Below, piece by piece: positions 43,449-52,461 of a stretch of 64,000 nt of DNA. Under the pieces are notes generated by a model. That model was not told the DNA's origin, searched no databases, and was given only the letters and a program-made list of their open reading frames with translations. This stretch comes from Myxococcota bacterium (GTDB lineage: Bacteria; Myxococcota_A; UBA796; SXON01): contig JAZKFH010000027.1 in NCBI GenBank assembly GCA_040386535.1, positions 228,064-292,063 of the forward strand, given 5' to 3'. The position numbers and the translations under genes were made by a program. Each line of letters opens with the position of its first letter. Position 1 is the stretch's first letter.

Positions 43449-45250
43449 TCGCGCTGCTCGGCTGCGGCGGTGTGCTCTCGCGCATCGCCCCGCCACCGGT
43501 CCCGGTCCCGCACGCGGCGCCTGCGGGCGTGCCGTCGCGGGCGCGCTATCACTACCTGGTCGGTCGGCTGGCGCTGGAAGAGGCTGATTACGCGGCCGCG
43601 GAGGCCGCCTTCCAGACCGCCCTGCTCCACGACCCCGCCTCGCCGTGGATCTGGCTCGCGCTGGCCGAGGTCGCCGAGGGCGCCGGGGAGGAAGCGGAGG
43701 AGCGCCGCCGTGTCCAGGAGGCCGTGCGGCTCGGGCCCACCACGCCGGAGACCTGGGTCCGGCTCGGGGTCGTGTCCCAACGCGCGGGCGATCTGCGGGG
43801 CGCGGTGGAGGCCTACGGCGAGGCGGTCGACCATGGCGCCGGGTCCGAGGCCTACGGCCCCCTGAGCCGCCTCCTCGTCGCCCGGAAGGATCCCCTCGCC
43901 GCGAGCACGGTGCGTGCGTGGTCCCTGCTGCCGCTCACAGAGCTCGAACCCCTCCGCGAGCGGGGCCGCCTGCGCCTGCTCGTCGGCGATCTCGCCGGCG
44001 CCGTGGCCGACCTGGGCGAGGCCCTCGTGCGGTCCCCGGCCGACGCCCGCCTGCTCGACGAGTACCTGACCGCCGTGACCGGGAGCGGCCTGTACCGCCA
44101 GGGCCTCGCGCGCCTGACCGTGCTGCACCGCGTGGTCCCGCGCGACACCGACGTGCTGCTGCGCACCTACCACCTCGCGGTCACCGCGCGGGACCAGGTG
44201 CGCGCCGTCGAGTCCCTCGAGGCGCTCGACGTGCTGCTGGGCGGGCGCGAGGCGCAGGTGAAGGTGTGGCTGGCGGACGGCTACAGCGCGCTCCAGCGTC
44301 ACGACGACGCGCGCGAGGCCGTCGACGCGGGCGCGCGTTGCCAGCCGCCGCTCGCGGACGCGCCGTACCACCGGGCCCGCATCCTGCGCGCCGGCGGCTG
44401 GAGCGCCGAAGCCCTCCAGGGCCTCGTGGTGCCGCGCACGGGGGCGAATCGCCCCGACGCGATCGCGCTCCGCGGGCGATTGCTGCTCGACCTGGGCCGG
44501 CCGGCCGAGGCCCGCGCGGTGCTCGACGAGGGGCTGGCCGCGCTCCCCGAGGACTACGTGCTGCTCGGCGCCCTCGTGGCGGTGGGCGCGGCCGAGGGCA
44601 ATCGCGAGGCGATGCTCGCCGCGGTCGACCGCATGGCCATGCTCGACCCTGAGGCCCGCGCCCGCACGCGCGCCCGCTCGCTCGCGGGGCTCGGCGACAT
44701 CGAGGGCGCCGTGGCCGCGATCCGCGCCGCCGGGCTCGCGCAGCCGGAGAGCTGGATCGTAGGCGGCGCCCTGCTCCGGGAGGCCGGCCGCGCCGAGGAG
44801 GCCGTGGACTGGCTGGTACGCGGAGTCGACCACTTCCCGCGCCACGCGCCGCTGCGGGCCGAGCTCGGCCTCGCCCAGGCCGCGGCGCAACAGGCGGAGG
44901 CCGCGCTGGTGGCGATGCGGGAGGCCATCCGCCTCGACCCCGCCGACGCCCGCGCGGTGCGCTGGTACGCGCGCACCGTCCCGTTGGACGGCTCCGCCGA
45001 CCGCCTGCGCCAGGTGCGCGGCTGGATCCTGGCCTCGCTCGAGCGCCAGCCCGCCGACGCCGAGCTGCTCGCGGCGCTCGGGCGCGTCGAGTACGCGCTG
45101 AAGCAGCCGCTCCGCGCGGTGGAGGCCTTCGAGGAGGCCTGCCGCTACGCCCCGGCCGACAACGCCCTGCTCGCCTCGCTCGCCGAGGCCTACCGCGCCG
45201 TGGGGCGCGATGCCCAGGCGCACGCCATCGAGGAGCGCCTCCACCCATGA
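43430..45250 (+). CDS. Tetratricopeptide-repeat lipoprotein
   Basis: GTG at 43430 after GGAG; VVVALLGC; repeated A..A...DP..W..LA TPR helices. Confidence 0.8.
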   Translation: MGAWVVVALLGCGGVLSRIAPPPVPVPHAAPAGVPSRARYHYLVGRLALEEADYAAAEAAFQTALLHDPASPWIWLALAEVAEGAGEEAEERRRVQEAVRLGPTTPETWVRLGVVSQRAGDLRGAVEAYGEAVDHGAGSEAYGPLSRLLVARKDPLAASTVRAWSLLPLTELEPLRERGRLRLLVGDLAGAVADLGEALVRSPADARLLDEYLTAVTGSGLYRQGLARLTVLHRVVPRDTDVLLRTYHLAVTARDQVRAVESLEALDVLLGGREAQVKVWLADGYSALQRHDDAREAVDAGARCQPPLADAPYHRARILRAGGWSAEALQGLVVPRTGANRPDAIALRGRLLLDLGRPAEARAVLDEGLAALPEDYVLLGALVAVGAAEGNREAMLAAVDRMAMLDPEARARTRARSLAGLGDIEGAVAAIRAAGLAQPESWIVGGALLREAGRAEEAVDWLVRGVDHFPRHAPLRAELGLAQAAAQQAEAALVAMREAIRLDPADARAVRWYARTVPLDGSADRLRQVRGWILASLERQPADAELLAALGRVEYALKQPLRAVEAFEEACRYAPADNALLASLAEAYRAVGRDAQAHAIEERLHP

Positions 45251-46077
45251 ATCTCCCGTCGTCCGGGGTCCCGAGTCCCAAGCGCGCGTGGGCCGCCCTC
45301 TCGCTCCTGGCCGTGTTGACGGGCTGCCCGAAGCCGCCCACACCCGAGGGCCCGCTGGTGGCGGTCGATCCCGAGGCGCTGCTCGCGCGCGCTGTCGCCG
45401 AGGCCCCCCCCGGCCCCTCCGCGACCACGTTCGACTTGCGCCTGGACCTCGCGGACTCGCGCGTGAACGCCCAGGGCGCGCTGCTGGTCTCGCCGCCCGA
45501 CCGCTTCCGCATCGAGGTGCGCGGCCCCATCGGCCCGCCCCAGGTGGTCGTCGTGAGCGACGGCACGGGGCTCCGCACCTGGCTCGCCGCCAAGAACGAG
45601 CTCTACACGGCGGACGACGCGGACGCGACCATCGCGGCCTACACCGGCGGCGAGGCCGGCCTCGAAGCGCTCGCGTCCCTCCTCCTCGGGCGCCTGCCGG
45701 CGCTCGGCGTGCCCGACCGCTTCCGCGTGGAGGGCGTGCCGGCGTACCGCTGGGTGGGCCCCGGCGAGAGCCACGTGGACGCCTCCCTGGATCCCCGCAC
45801 GGCCCATCTCGTGGCGCTGGCGCTGGCGGACGAGCTAGGCGCCGCGCTGCTGGACGCGCGGGTCGAGGGGAACGAGTGGCCCGAGCGCCTCGTCGCCGTG
45901 CTCCCGCAGCAGCGCGTCACCGCCACGCTCGAGTTCGAGGAGTGGAAGCCCGCGTCGCCGTCGGATGCGGCCTTCCTGCTCGCCGCCCCGCCGGGCGCGA
46001 CGGTCAGGCCGCTGCTGTTCACGGGGCCGGGCGGCCCCGCGGCGTCTGGCGGCGCGCCCCCGGAGACGACGCCGTAG
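45247..46077 (+). CDS. LolA/LolB-fold (DUF4292-like) lipoprotein
   Basis: LAVLTGC lipobox; GALLVSPPDRFRIEVRGPIG...VVVSDG motif. Confidence 0.65.
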   Translation: MNLPSSGVPSPKRAWAALSLLAVLTGCPKPPTPEGPLVAVDPEALLARAVAEAPPGPSATTFDLRLDLADSRVNAQGALLVSPPDRFRIEVRGPIGPPQVVVVSDGTGLRTWLAAKNELYTADDADATIAAYTGGEAGLEALASLLLGRLPALGVPDRFRVEGVPAYRWVGPGESHVDASLDPRTAHLVALALADELGAALLDARVEGNEWPERLVAVLPQQRVTATLEFEEWKPASPSDAAFLLAAPPGATVRPLLFTGPGGPAASGGAPPETTP

Positions 46078-46134
46078 GGTGCCCGTTCCCCCCGGTGCCA
46101 TGCAGGCCCCCTCACGGGCGGATAGCCTGCCTCC

Positions 46135-46791
46135 GTGCTGCTCCTCACCCTGCTCGGCTGTGATCCCGACGCCGCCTCCGGCCCGTTCGCCCTCGCGTTC
46201 GACGGCGGTGAGGACTGCGTCGAGGCCGAGCTCGGCCCGCTCACGCCGCCCGCCGCCTTCACCGTCGAGGCGTGGATCCGCGGCGAGCCGGTGCCGGCCG
46301 ATCGCGCCCGCCCCGTGGTCGCGTGGAAGGGCGTCTTCACCCTGGGCGAGGCCTTCGGCGGGGACACCGTGTTCACCGTCGGCGACGCCGAGGCGGGCGC
46401 CACCTCGGCGGTCTCCGTGATGGACGGCGTGCTCCACCACGTTGCGGGCACGTGGGACGGCGAGAAGGCCAACCTCTACGTCGACGGCGTGCGGCAGGCG
46501 TTCGTCTCCACCGCGGCGCCCGTGGCGCCCACGGCCACGCTGCGGATCGGCTGCGACAGCGACGTCAACACGTTCGAGGGCGTGATCGACGAGGTTCGCG
46601 TGTCCTCCAGCGTGCGCTACACCGAGGATGGTTCGCCTCCGTCCGGCCCGTTCGAGGAGGACGCGGAGACCTTCGCGCTCTTCCACCTGGACGAGGGGGA
46701 GGGGACCGAGACGGTTGACGCCGCCCAGGACCTCGTCGGCGCGGTGTACGGCCCCGAGTGGGTCCCCTTCAAGCTCACGGTGAACGAGTGA
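46135..46791 (+). CDS. LamG-like jellyroll lipoprotein
   Basis: FTVEAWIR, HHVAGTWDG, LYVDG, FEGVIDEVRVS, LFHLDEG. Confidence 0.85.
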   Translation: MLLLTLLGCDPDAASGPFALAFDGGEDCVEAELGPLTPPAAFTVEAWIRGEPVPADRARPVVAWKGVFTLGEAFGGDTVFTVGDAEAGATSAVSVMDGVLHHVAGTWDGEKANLYVDGVRQAFVSTAAPVAPTATLRIGCDSDVNTFEGVIDEVRVSSSVRYTEDGSPPSGPFEEDAETFALFHLDEGEGTETVDAAQDLVGAVYGPEWVPFKLTVNE

Positions 46792-47294
46792 TCTCCCTGC
46801 TTCTCGCCTTCGCGTGCGCGACCGATCCGGTCTCGCCCGGCGCCGCCCCGACTGCGGCGCCTACGGACCCCGCCACCGCCGGCGCCTCCGGGCCGAAGGC
46901 CCCCACAGTGCCGACGCTCCTCGGTGACGTGCCGGGCGTCGCGTTCGTCGGAGACTGGACCAGCCCGGGCTGTGCCGGGCGCACGTTCGCGCGCAACCTC
47001 CGCTTCGAGAGCGACAACAGCTACGCGGGGGTCGATCTCGTCTCGCCCTGCCCGCCCGACACCGAGTGCGTGTGGTCCGGCGTCGTCGGCTACGCGGGCA
47101 TCTGGAAGCAGGAGGGCAACAAGCTCCAGCTGCGCGAGATCGGCGCGCCCACCGCGCCCGGATCACCCCATCCCACCGAGGTCATCTCCACGTTCGACGG
47201 CACGCTGGTCGAGAACGGGTGCACCTACACGAAGGGGCTCGCGGTCCCCCCGGGGATGACCGAGGAGCAGGTTCGGCCGCGCATTCCTCGGTGA
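46788..47294 (+). CDS. Hypothetical lipoprotein
   Basis: GTGA start/stop overlap; MISLLLAFAC; CPPDTECVWSG. Confidence 0.7.
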   Translation: MISLLLAFACATDPVSPGAAPTAAPTDPATAGASGPKAPTVPTLLGDVPGVAFVGDWTSPGCAGRTFARNLRFESDNSYAGVDLVSPCPPDTECVWSGVVGYAGIWKQEGNKLQLREIGAPTAPGSPHPTEVISTFDGTLVENGCTYTKGLAVPPGMTEEQVRPRIPR

Positions 47295-47325
47295 CGCGCA
47301 GTGTTGGAGCGGGCGGCGTTGACGT

Positions 47326-48117
47326 TCAGGCCCCTGCCAACACGCCCGCGCGCCGACGGAACTCGGCCAGCACGCTGGCGCCCACCGGCCCCGCGCCGGG
47401 CCCCGGATAGCCGTCGATCTCCACGACGGGCGCGAGCTCCTTGAGGGTCGAGCAGAGGTAGAGCTCCTCGCACGGGCCGGCCGGGAGCGGGTCTTCGCAC
47501 ACCGGCACGCGGATCGCGCGCGCGGCCGCCAACATCGCGTCGCGGGTGACGCCCTGCAGGATCCGCCCGTCGTCGGGTGGGGTGCAGAACACGCCGCCGC
47601 GCACGACGAACACGTTGCTCCGGTTCGCCTCGGTCCACATCCCGTCCGGCGCGACCCAGATCACCTCGTCCACGCCGGCCTGCCGCGCCGCGAGCACCCA
47701 CGCCATGCGGCTGGTGTGCTTGACCCGGCCGTGCAGCCAGGGGGAGGGCGCCCAGGGGCGCGTCGCGACGCGGACGGGGGCGCCGGCGCGCGACAGGTCG
47801 AGGTCCTCCGCCTTCACGATGCGGCGGCCGCCGCCGGTCAGGAGCACGTTCAGCTTGCTCTCGCCGGGGATCGCCGCCGCGACCGTCGTGAGCTCGTCGC
47901 GGATGGCCGCCGCGATGCGCTCGTTCCACGCGATGCCGCAGAACTGTGCGCTCGCGCCGAGGCGGGCGAGGTGGGTGTCCACGCCGAAGGGGCGCCGCGC
48001 GTAGGTGCGGAGCGTCTCGAACACCGCCATCCCGAGGGTCAGCGCGGTGTCGTCGAGCGAGAGGGCGCCGCGGCCGTCGGGGCAGGGCACCCCGTCGAGG
48101 AGGAAACTCTGGGGCAT
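47326..48117 (-). CDS. Aminotransferase class IV (PLP fold IV; BCAT/ADC lyase-like)
   Basis: VFETLR, HLARL, VKHTS, EANRSNVF, ILQGVTR, LCSTLKE. Confidence 0.88.
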   Translation of the reverse strand: MPQSFLLDGVPCPDGRGALSLDDTALTLGMAVFETLRTYARRPFGVDTHLARLGASAQFCGIAWNERIAAAIRDELTTVAAAIPGESKLNVLLTGGGRRIVKAEDLDLSRAGAPVRVATRPWAPSPWLHGRVKHTSRMAWVLAARQAGVDEVIWVAPDGMWTEANRSNVFVVRGGVFCTPPDDGRILQGVTRDAMLAAARAIRVPVCEDPLPAGPCEELYLCSTLKELAPVVEIDGYPGPGAGPVGASVLAEFRRRAGVLAGA

Positions 48118-48184
48118 GGCGCCCTTCTATCCGTCGCGCTGTCGGGCAGAGCGGACGCCGGAAGCGGGCCGCCACGTGGATTTC

Positions 48185-48227
48185 GCACGACCGTTCTATT
48201 TCCTGTCGCCGAAACGAACGGTCGTGC
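48185..48227. promoter_or_regulatory. Putative TetR operator: 12-bp inverted repeat GCACGACCGTTC-N19-GAACGGTCGTGC abutting the -10 box
   Basis: Arms at 48185-48196 and 48216-48227, immediately upstream of tetR. Confidence 0.75.
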
Positions 48228-48239
48228 TATTGTTGGAGC

Positions 48240-48833
48240 ATGGGAAAGGGCGACATCACCCGCCACGCCATCCTGGCGCACGCGACCACGCTGGCGACCA
48301 CCGTCGGGCTCGACGGCCTGTCGATCGGTCAGCTCGCCACGGATCTGCGCCTCTCGAAGAGCGGGCTGTTCTCGCACTTCCAGTCCAAGGAGGCGCTCCA
48401 ACTCGCGGTCGTGGAGACCGCGTCCGACCGCTTCACCGAGCTGGTCGTGCGGCCGGGCCTCAAGGCGCCTCGCGGCGAGCCGCGGGTGCGCGCGCTCATG
48501 GAGCGGTGGTTCGCGTGGGGCGTCGCCGGCAACACCGCGGGCGGCTGCTTCTTCGTGGCCGCGTCCACCGAGCTGGATGACCGCCACGGCGTCGTGCGGG
48601 ACGCGGTGGTGCAGCGCCAGCGCGACTGGATCGAGCTGCTCGCGAACGCCATCCGCGCCGCCGTCGTCGAGGGGCACCTGCGCGCCGACACCGATCCTGA
48701 GCAGCTCGCGTTCGAGCTCTGGGGCGTCGCGCTCTCCTACCATCACTACGCGCGCTTGCTCAGCGTGCCGGACGCCGCCACGCGCGCGCACGCCGCGGTC
48801 GACCGTCTCATCGTGGGCGCGCGCGTCGCCTGA
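48240..48833 (+). CDS. TetR/AcrR family transcriptional regulator
   Basis: MGKGDITRHAIL...GLSIGQLA...SKSGLFSHFQSKEAL HTH; GGCFF. Confidence 0.92.
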   Translation: MGKGDITRHAILAHATTLATTVGLDGLSIGQLATDLRLSKSGLFSHFQSKEALQLAVVETASDRFTELVVRPGLKAPRGEPRVRALMERWFAWGVAGNTAGGCFFVAASTELDDRHGVVRDAVVQRQRDWIELLANAIRAAVVEGHLRADTDPEQLAFELWGVALSYHHYARLLSVPDAATRAHAAVDRLIVGARVA

Positions 48834-48858
48834 TCGTTCCTTCTCTCGAGGAGGCCCC

Positions 48859-49863
48859 ATGGCCTGGTCGTCACAATCGGGTTCGCCGGAAAAAAGCACG
48901 AACGTTCGCGCGGTAGAGCGGGACCCCGGCCTGAGCGCATGGGCCGAGGAGGCCGTCGCCGCGCTGGAGTCCGCCGGCGCCGCGGGCGTTGCGCAGACCG
49001 CACCGGTGAGCCGCGCGCCCACCGCGCCGTGGTACCTCCGCGCCGGTTTCGCCACGCTCGGCACGCTCGCGCCGCCGCTCGCCACCGCGTGGGCCGAGCG
49101 CCTCTTCCTCACGGCGCCGCGCCCGCCCGCGCCGCGCAAGGAGATCGCCGCGCTCGCGACGGCCCACGTCGGCAGCGTGGTGGTGCACGGGCAACGCCTC
49201 GCCACGTGGACGTGGGTGCCCATCCGCCACCCGGAAGGGCCGCGCGCTACCGTCCTGCTGGTGCACGGCTGGGGCGGGCGCGGCGGGCAGCTCGCCGGGT
49301 TCGTGCCCGGGCTCCTCGCGGCGGGGTACTCCGTCGTGACCTACGACGCGCCGGGCCACGGGCTCTCCGAGGGGCGTACCTCCTCGCTGGTCGAGGTCGC
49401 CCGTGCGGTCCGCGGCGTCGCGGCGGCGTTGCCGAGCCCCGTGCACGCGGTCATCGCGCACTCCATGGGCGGCGCGGCCACCGCCTTCGCGCTCGTGGAG
49501 GGCCTCCACCTGGAGCGCGCCGTGTTCGTGGCGCCGCCGTCCGCGGTGACCGAGTGGGCGCGCACGTTCTCGGAGGTGCTCGGCCTCGGCGACGACGTGC
49601 GGGACGAGATGCAGCGCCGCATCGAGGGGCGCCTGCAGGTGGCCTGGGCGGACCTCGACATGGCGGTGGTGGCGCCCCAGATGCAAACGCCGCTGCTCGT
49701 GATCCACGATACCGACGACCGGGAGGTGCCCTACACCACGAGTGAGCGCATGGTGGAGGTGTGGCCCGGCGCCACTCTGCACACCACCCAGAAGCTCGGT
49801 CACAAGCGGATCCTGGACGACGCCGAGGTGATTGCGCGCGCGGTGGCGTTCATCGGCGATTGA
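48859..49863 (+). CDS. Alpha/beta hydrolase
   Basis: GGAGG SD; LVHGWGG, DAPGHG, AHSMGG nucleophile, HDTDD, LGHKRIL. Confidence 0.9.
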   Translation: MAWSSQSGSPEKSTNVRAVERDPGLSAWAEEAVAALESAGAAGVAQTAPVSRAPTAPWYLRAGFATLGTLAPPLATAWAERLFLTAPRPPAPRKEIAALATAHVGSVVVHGQRLATWTWVPIRHPEGPRATVLLVHGWGGRGGQLAGFVPGLLAAGYSVVTYDAPGHGLSEGRTSSLVEVARAVRGVAAALPSPVHAVIAHSMGGAATAFALVEGLHLERAVFVAPPSAVTEWARTFSEVLGLGDDVRDEMQRRIEGRLQVAWADLDMAVVAPQMQTPLLVIHDTDDREVPYTTSERMVEVWPGATLHTTQKLGHKRILDDAEVIARAVAFIGD

Positions 49864-49930
49864 CGACGCGGCGGGGCGTCGCAGGGTGGCCCGAAGGTGA
49901 TCTTCCGGTTAGTCGGCGCCCTTCCCCGAG

Positions 49931-51262
49931 GTGCCCGTGTCACGCCGTCCGGTCCTGCGAACCGAGCTTCCTGGGCCCATCGCCCGCGACATCCTCCAGG
50001 GCAGCAATGGTGCCGTGTCCCCGTCCTACACGCGGGATCATCCCCTCGTGGCCGACCACGCCACGGGCCTCTGGATCACCGATCCGGACGGGAACGAGGT
50101 GCTCGACATGTGCGCGGGCATCGCCGTGACCAGCACCGGTCACTGCCACCCCGTCGTCGTCAAGGCCATCCAGGATCAGGCCGCCCGCCTCATCCACATG
50201 AGCGGCACCGACTTCTACTACCCGAGCCAGGCGCGGCTCGCGGGCCGGCTGGCGGCCATGCAGCCCGTGCGCGGCGACAAATGCCGGGTATACTTCGGCA
50301 ACTCGGGGGCCGAGGCCAACGAGGCGGCGATGAAGCTGGCCCGGTACCACACCGGCCGCACCCAGTTCATCGCGTTCCTCGACAGCTTTCACGGGCGCAC
50401 CTACGGCGCGATGTCGCTCACCGCGTCCAAGGCGCGGCAGCGCGAGGGCTTCGGCCCCTTCCTGCCGGTCACCCACGCGATCTACCCGGACCCGTACCGC
50501 CACGGCGCCGCGGCCACGCAGATCGCGATGGACCACCTGGAGACCCTGTTCCGCACCATCACCCCCGCGTCCGACGTGGCGGCGATCTTCGTGGAGCCGG
50601 TGCAGGGGGAGGGCGGCTACATCGTCCCCCCGGACGACTTCCTCCCGAAGCTGCGCGCGCTCTGCGACAAGCACGGCATCCTCCTCGTGTTCGACGAGGT
50701 GCAGTGCGGCATGGGCCGCACCGGCAAGATGTTCGCGTGGGAGCACACCGGCGTCAAACCCGACATCATCAGCCTCGCGAAGGGCATCGCCTCGGGCATG
50801 CCGCTCTCGGCCACGATCGCGAGCGAAGAGATCATGAAGTGGAAGCCGGGGGCGCACGCCAGCACCTTCGGCGGCAACCCGATCGCGTGCGCGGCGGCCA
50901 ACGCCACGCTCGATCTGCTCGAGGGGGGCCTCGTCGAGAACAGCGCCACGGTCGGCGCCTTCTTGATGGACGAGCTGCGCCGCCGCGTCGGCGGCCACCC
51001 CAATGTCGGGGACATCCGCGGCCAGGGCCTCATGGTCGCCGTCGAGCTCGTGAAGGACCGCGCCACGAAGGAGCGCGCGATCGAGCTGCGCAACGACCTC
51101 GTGATGGACGCGTTCCTCAAGCACGGCATGGTCATCCTCGGCTGTGGCCAGAACACCATCCGTTTCTGCCCCGGCCTCGTCATCACGGAAGAAGAGGCGA
51201 CCACGGCGGTCGAGCTCTTCGCGCGTTCTCTGTCCAGCCTCACGGGAGTTGCTCATGCGTAA
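49931..51262 (+). CDS. Class III aminotransferase (4-aminobutyrate/5-aminovalerate-like)
   Basis: NSGAEANEAAMK, FHGRT, EPVQGEGG, DEVQCGMGRTG, AKGIASG, HASTFGGN. Confidence 0.88.
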   Translation: MPVSRRPVLRTELPGPIARDILQGSNGAVSPSYTRDHPLVADHATGLWITDPDGNEVLDMCAGIAVTSTGHCHPVVVKAIQDQAARLIHMSGTDFYYPSQARLAGRLAAMQPVRGDKCRVYFGNSGAEANEAAMKLARYHTGRTQFIAFLDSFHGRTYGAMSLTASKARQREGFGPFLPVTHAIYPDPYRHGAAATQIAMDHLETLFRTITPASDVAAIFVEPVQGEGGYIVPPDDFLPKLRALCDKHGILLVFDEVQCGMGRTGKMFAWEHTGVKPDIISLAKGIASGMPLSATIASEEIMKWKPGAHASTFGGNPIACAAANATLDLLEGGLVENSATVGAFLMDELRRRVGGHPNVGDIRGQGLMVAVELVKDRATKERAIELRNDLVMDAFLKHGMVILGCGQNTIRFCPGLVITEEEATTAVELFARSLSSLTGVAHA

Positions 51263-52421
51263 GTTCGACGGCGTCGACCTCTACAACATCGACAGCCTCT
51301 TGTCCGAGGACGAGCGCATGGTGCGCGACGCCGTCCGCGGCTGGGTTGACGACAACGTGATCCCCATCATCGAGCAGCACTGTCGCGACGCGACGTTCCC
51401 CCGCCACCTGGTCACCCAGATGGGCGAGATGGGGCTGCTCGGCGTGAACCTCAAGGGCTACGGCTGCCCGGGCATGAGCAACGTGTCCTACGGGCTCGTG
51501 GCGCAGGAGCTCGAGCGCGGTGACTCGGGAATTCGCAGCTTTGCGAGCGTGCAGACCAGCCTCTGCATGTACCCGATCCACGCGTTCGGGACCGAGGAGC
51601 ACAAGAACAAGTACCTGCCCGACATGGCGGCCGGAAAACTCATCGGCTGCTTCGGCCTGACCGAGCCCGACTATGGCAGCAACCCGGGCGACATGGTCAC
51701 GCGCGCGGTGGACGACGGCGACAGCTACGTGCTCAACGGCGCCAAGATGTGGATCACGAACGGCACCATCGCCGACCTCGCGATCGTCTGGGCCAAGCTC
51801 GACGGCGTCATCCGCGGCTTCATCGTCGAGAAGGGCGATCCCGGCTTCAGCGCGCCGGAGATGCACGGCAAGCACTCGCTCAAGGCGAGCGTCACGTCCG
51901 AGCTCGTGTTCCTCGACTGCCGCATCCCCAAGGACCGCCTGCTGCCGCACGTGAAGGGGCTCAAGGGCCCGTTCTCCTGCCTCAACAACGCCCGCTACGG
52001 CATCTCCTGGGGCGCGATCGGCGCGGCCATGGCGTGTTTCCACAGCGCGCGCGAGTACAGCCTCTCCCGCATCCAGTTCGGCAAGCCGATCGCCAGCTTC
52101 CAGCTCGTGCAGAACAAGCTGGCGTGGATGCTCCGCGAGATCACCAAGGCGCAGCTGCTCTCGCTCCAGCTCGGCCGCCTGAAGGACGCCGGCACGATCA
52201 TCCCCGAGCAGATCTCGCTCGCCAAGATGAACAACGTCGACATCGCCTTGCAGATCGCGCGGGAGTCCCGCGACATCCACGGTGCCAACGGCATCCTGGA
52301 CGAGTACCCGGTGATGCGCCACATGGCGAACCTCGAGTCGGTCAAGACCTACGAGGGCACCCACGACATCCACAACCTCATCCTGGGGCGGTGGATCACG
52401 GGGATCCAGGCGTTCGAGTAG
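51255..52421 (+). CDS. gcdH: Glutaryl-CoA dehydrogenase
   Basis: ELERGDSGIRS, GCFGLTEPDYGSNP, KMWITNG, PFSCLNNARYGI, HMANLESVKTYEGTHDIH. Confidence 0.85.
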   Translation: MRKFDGVDLYNIDSLLSEDERMVRDAVRGWVDDNVIPIIEQHCRDATFPRHLVTQMGEMGLLGVNLKGYGCPGMSNVSYGLVAQELERGDSGIRSFASVQTSLCMYPIHAFGTEEHKNKYLPDMAAGKLIGCFGLTEPDYGSNPGDMVTRAVDDGDSYVLNGAKMWITNGTIADLAIVWAKLDGVIRGFIVEKGDPGFSAPEMHGKHSLKASVTSELVFLDCRIPKDRLLPHVKGLKGPFSCLNNARYGISWGAIGAAMACFHSAREYSLSRIQFGKPIASFQLVQNKLAWMLREITKAQLLSLQLGRLKDAGTIIPEQISLAKMNNVDIALQIARESRDIHGANGILDEYPVMRHMANLESVKTYEGTHDIHNLILGRWITGIQAFE

Positions 52422-52436
52422 CGGTCCGGATCGACA

Positions 52437-52461
52437 GCGCTACCGCTTCAGGCGGTAGCGC
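52437..52461. terminator. Hairpin GCGCTACCGC-ttcag-GCGGTAGCGC between convergent genes
   Basis: 10-bp perfect stem; no clear U-tract. Confidence 0.5.

Noticed and set aside
39975..43496. 1173-aa minus-strand ORF and many other long overlapping ORFs (e.g. 562-2649-, 23434-25797-, 21415-23406+)
   Set aside because: Antisense or alternate-frame shadows of real genes, expected at this GC; Arg/Gly/His-rich with no motifs
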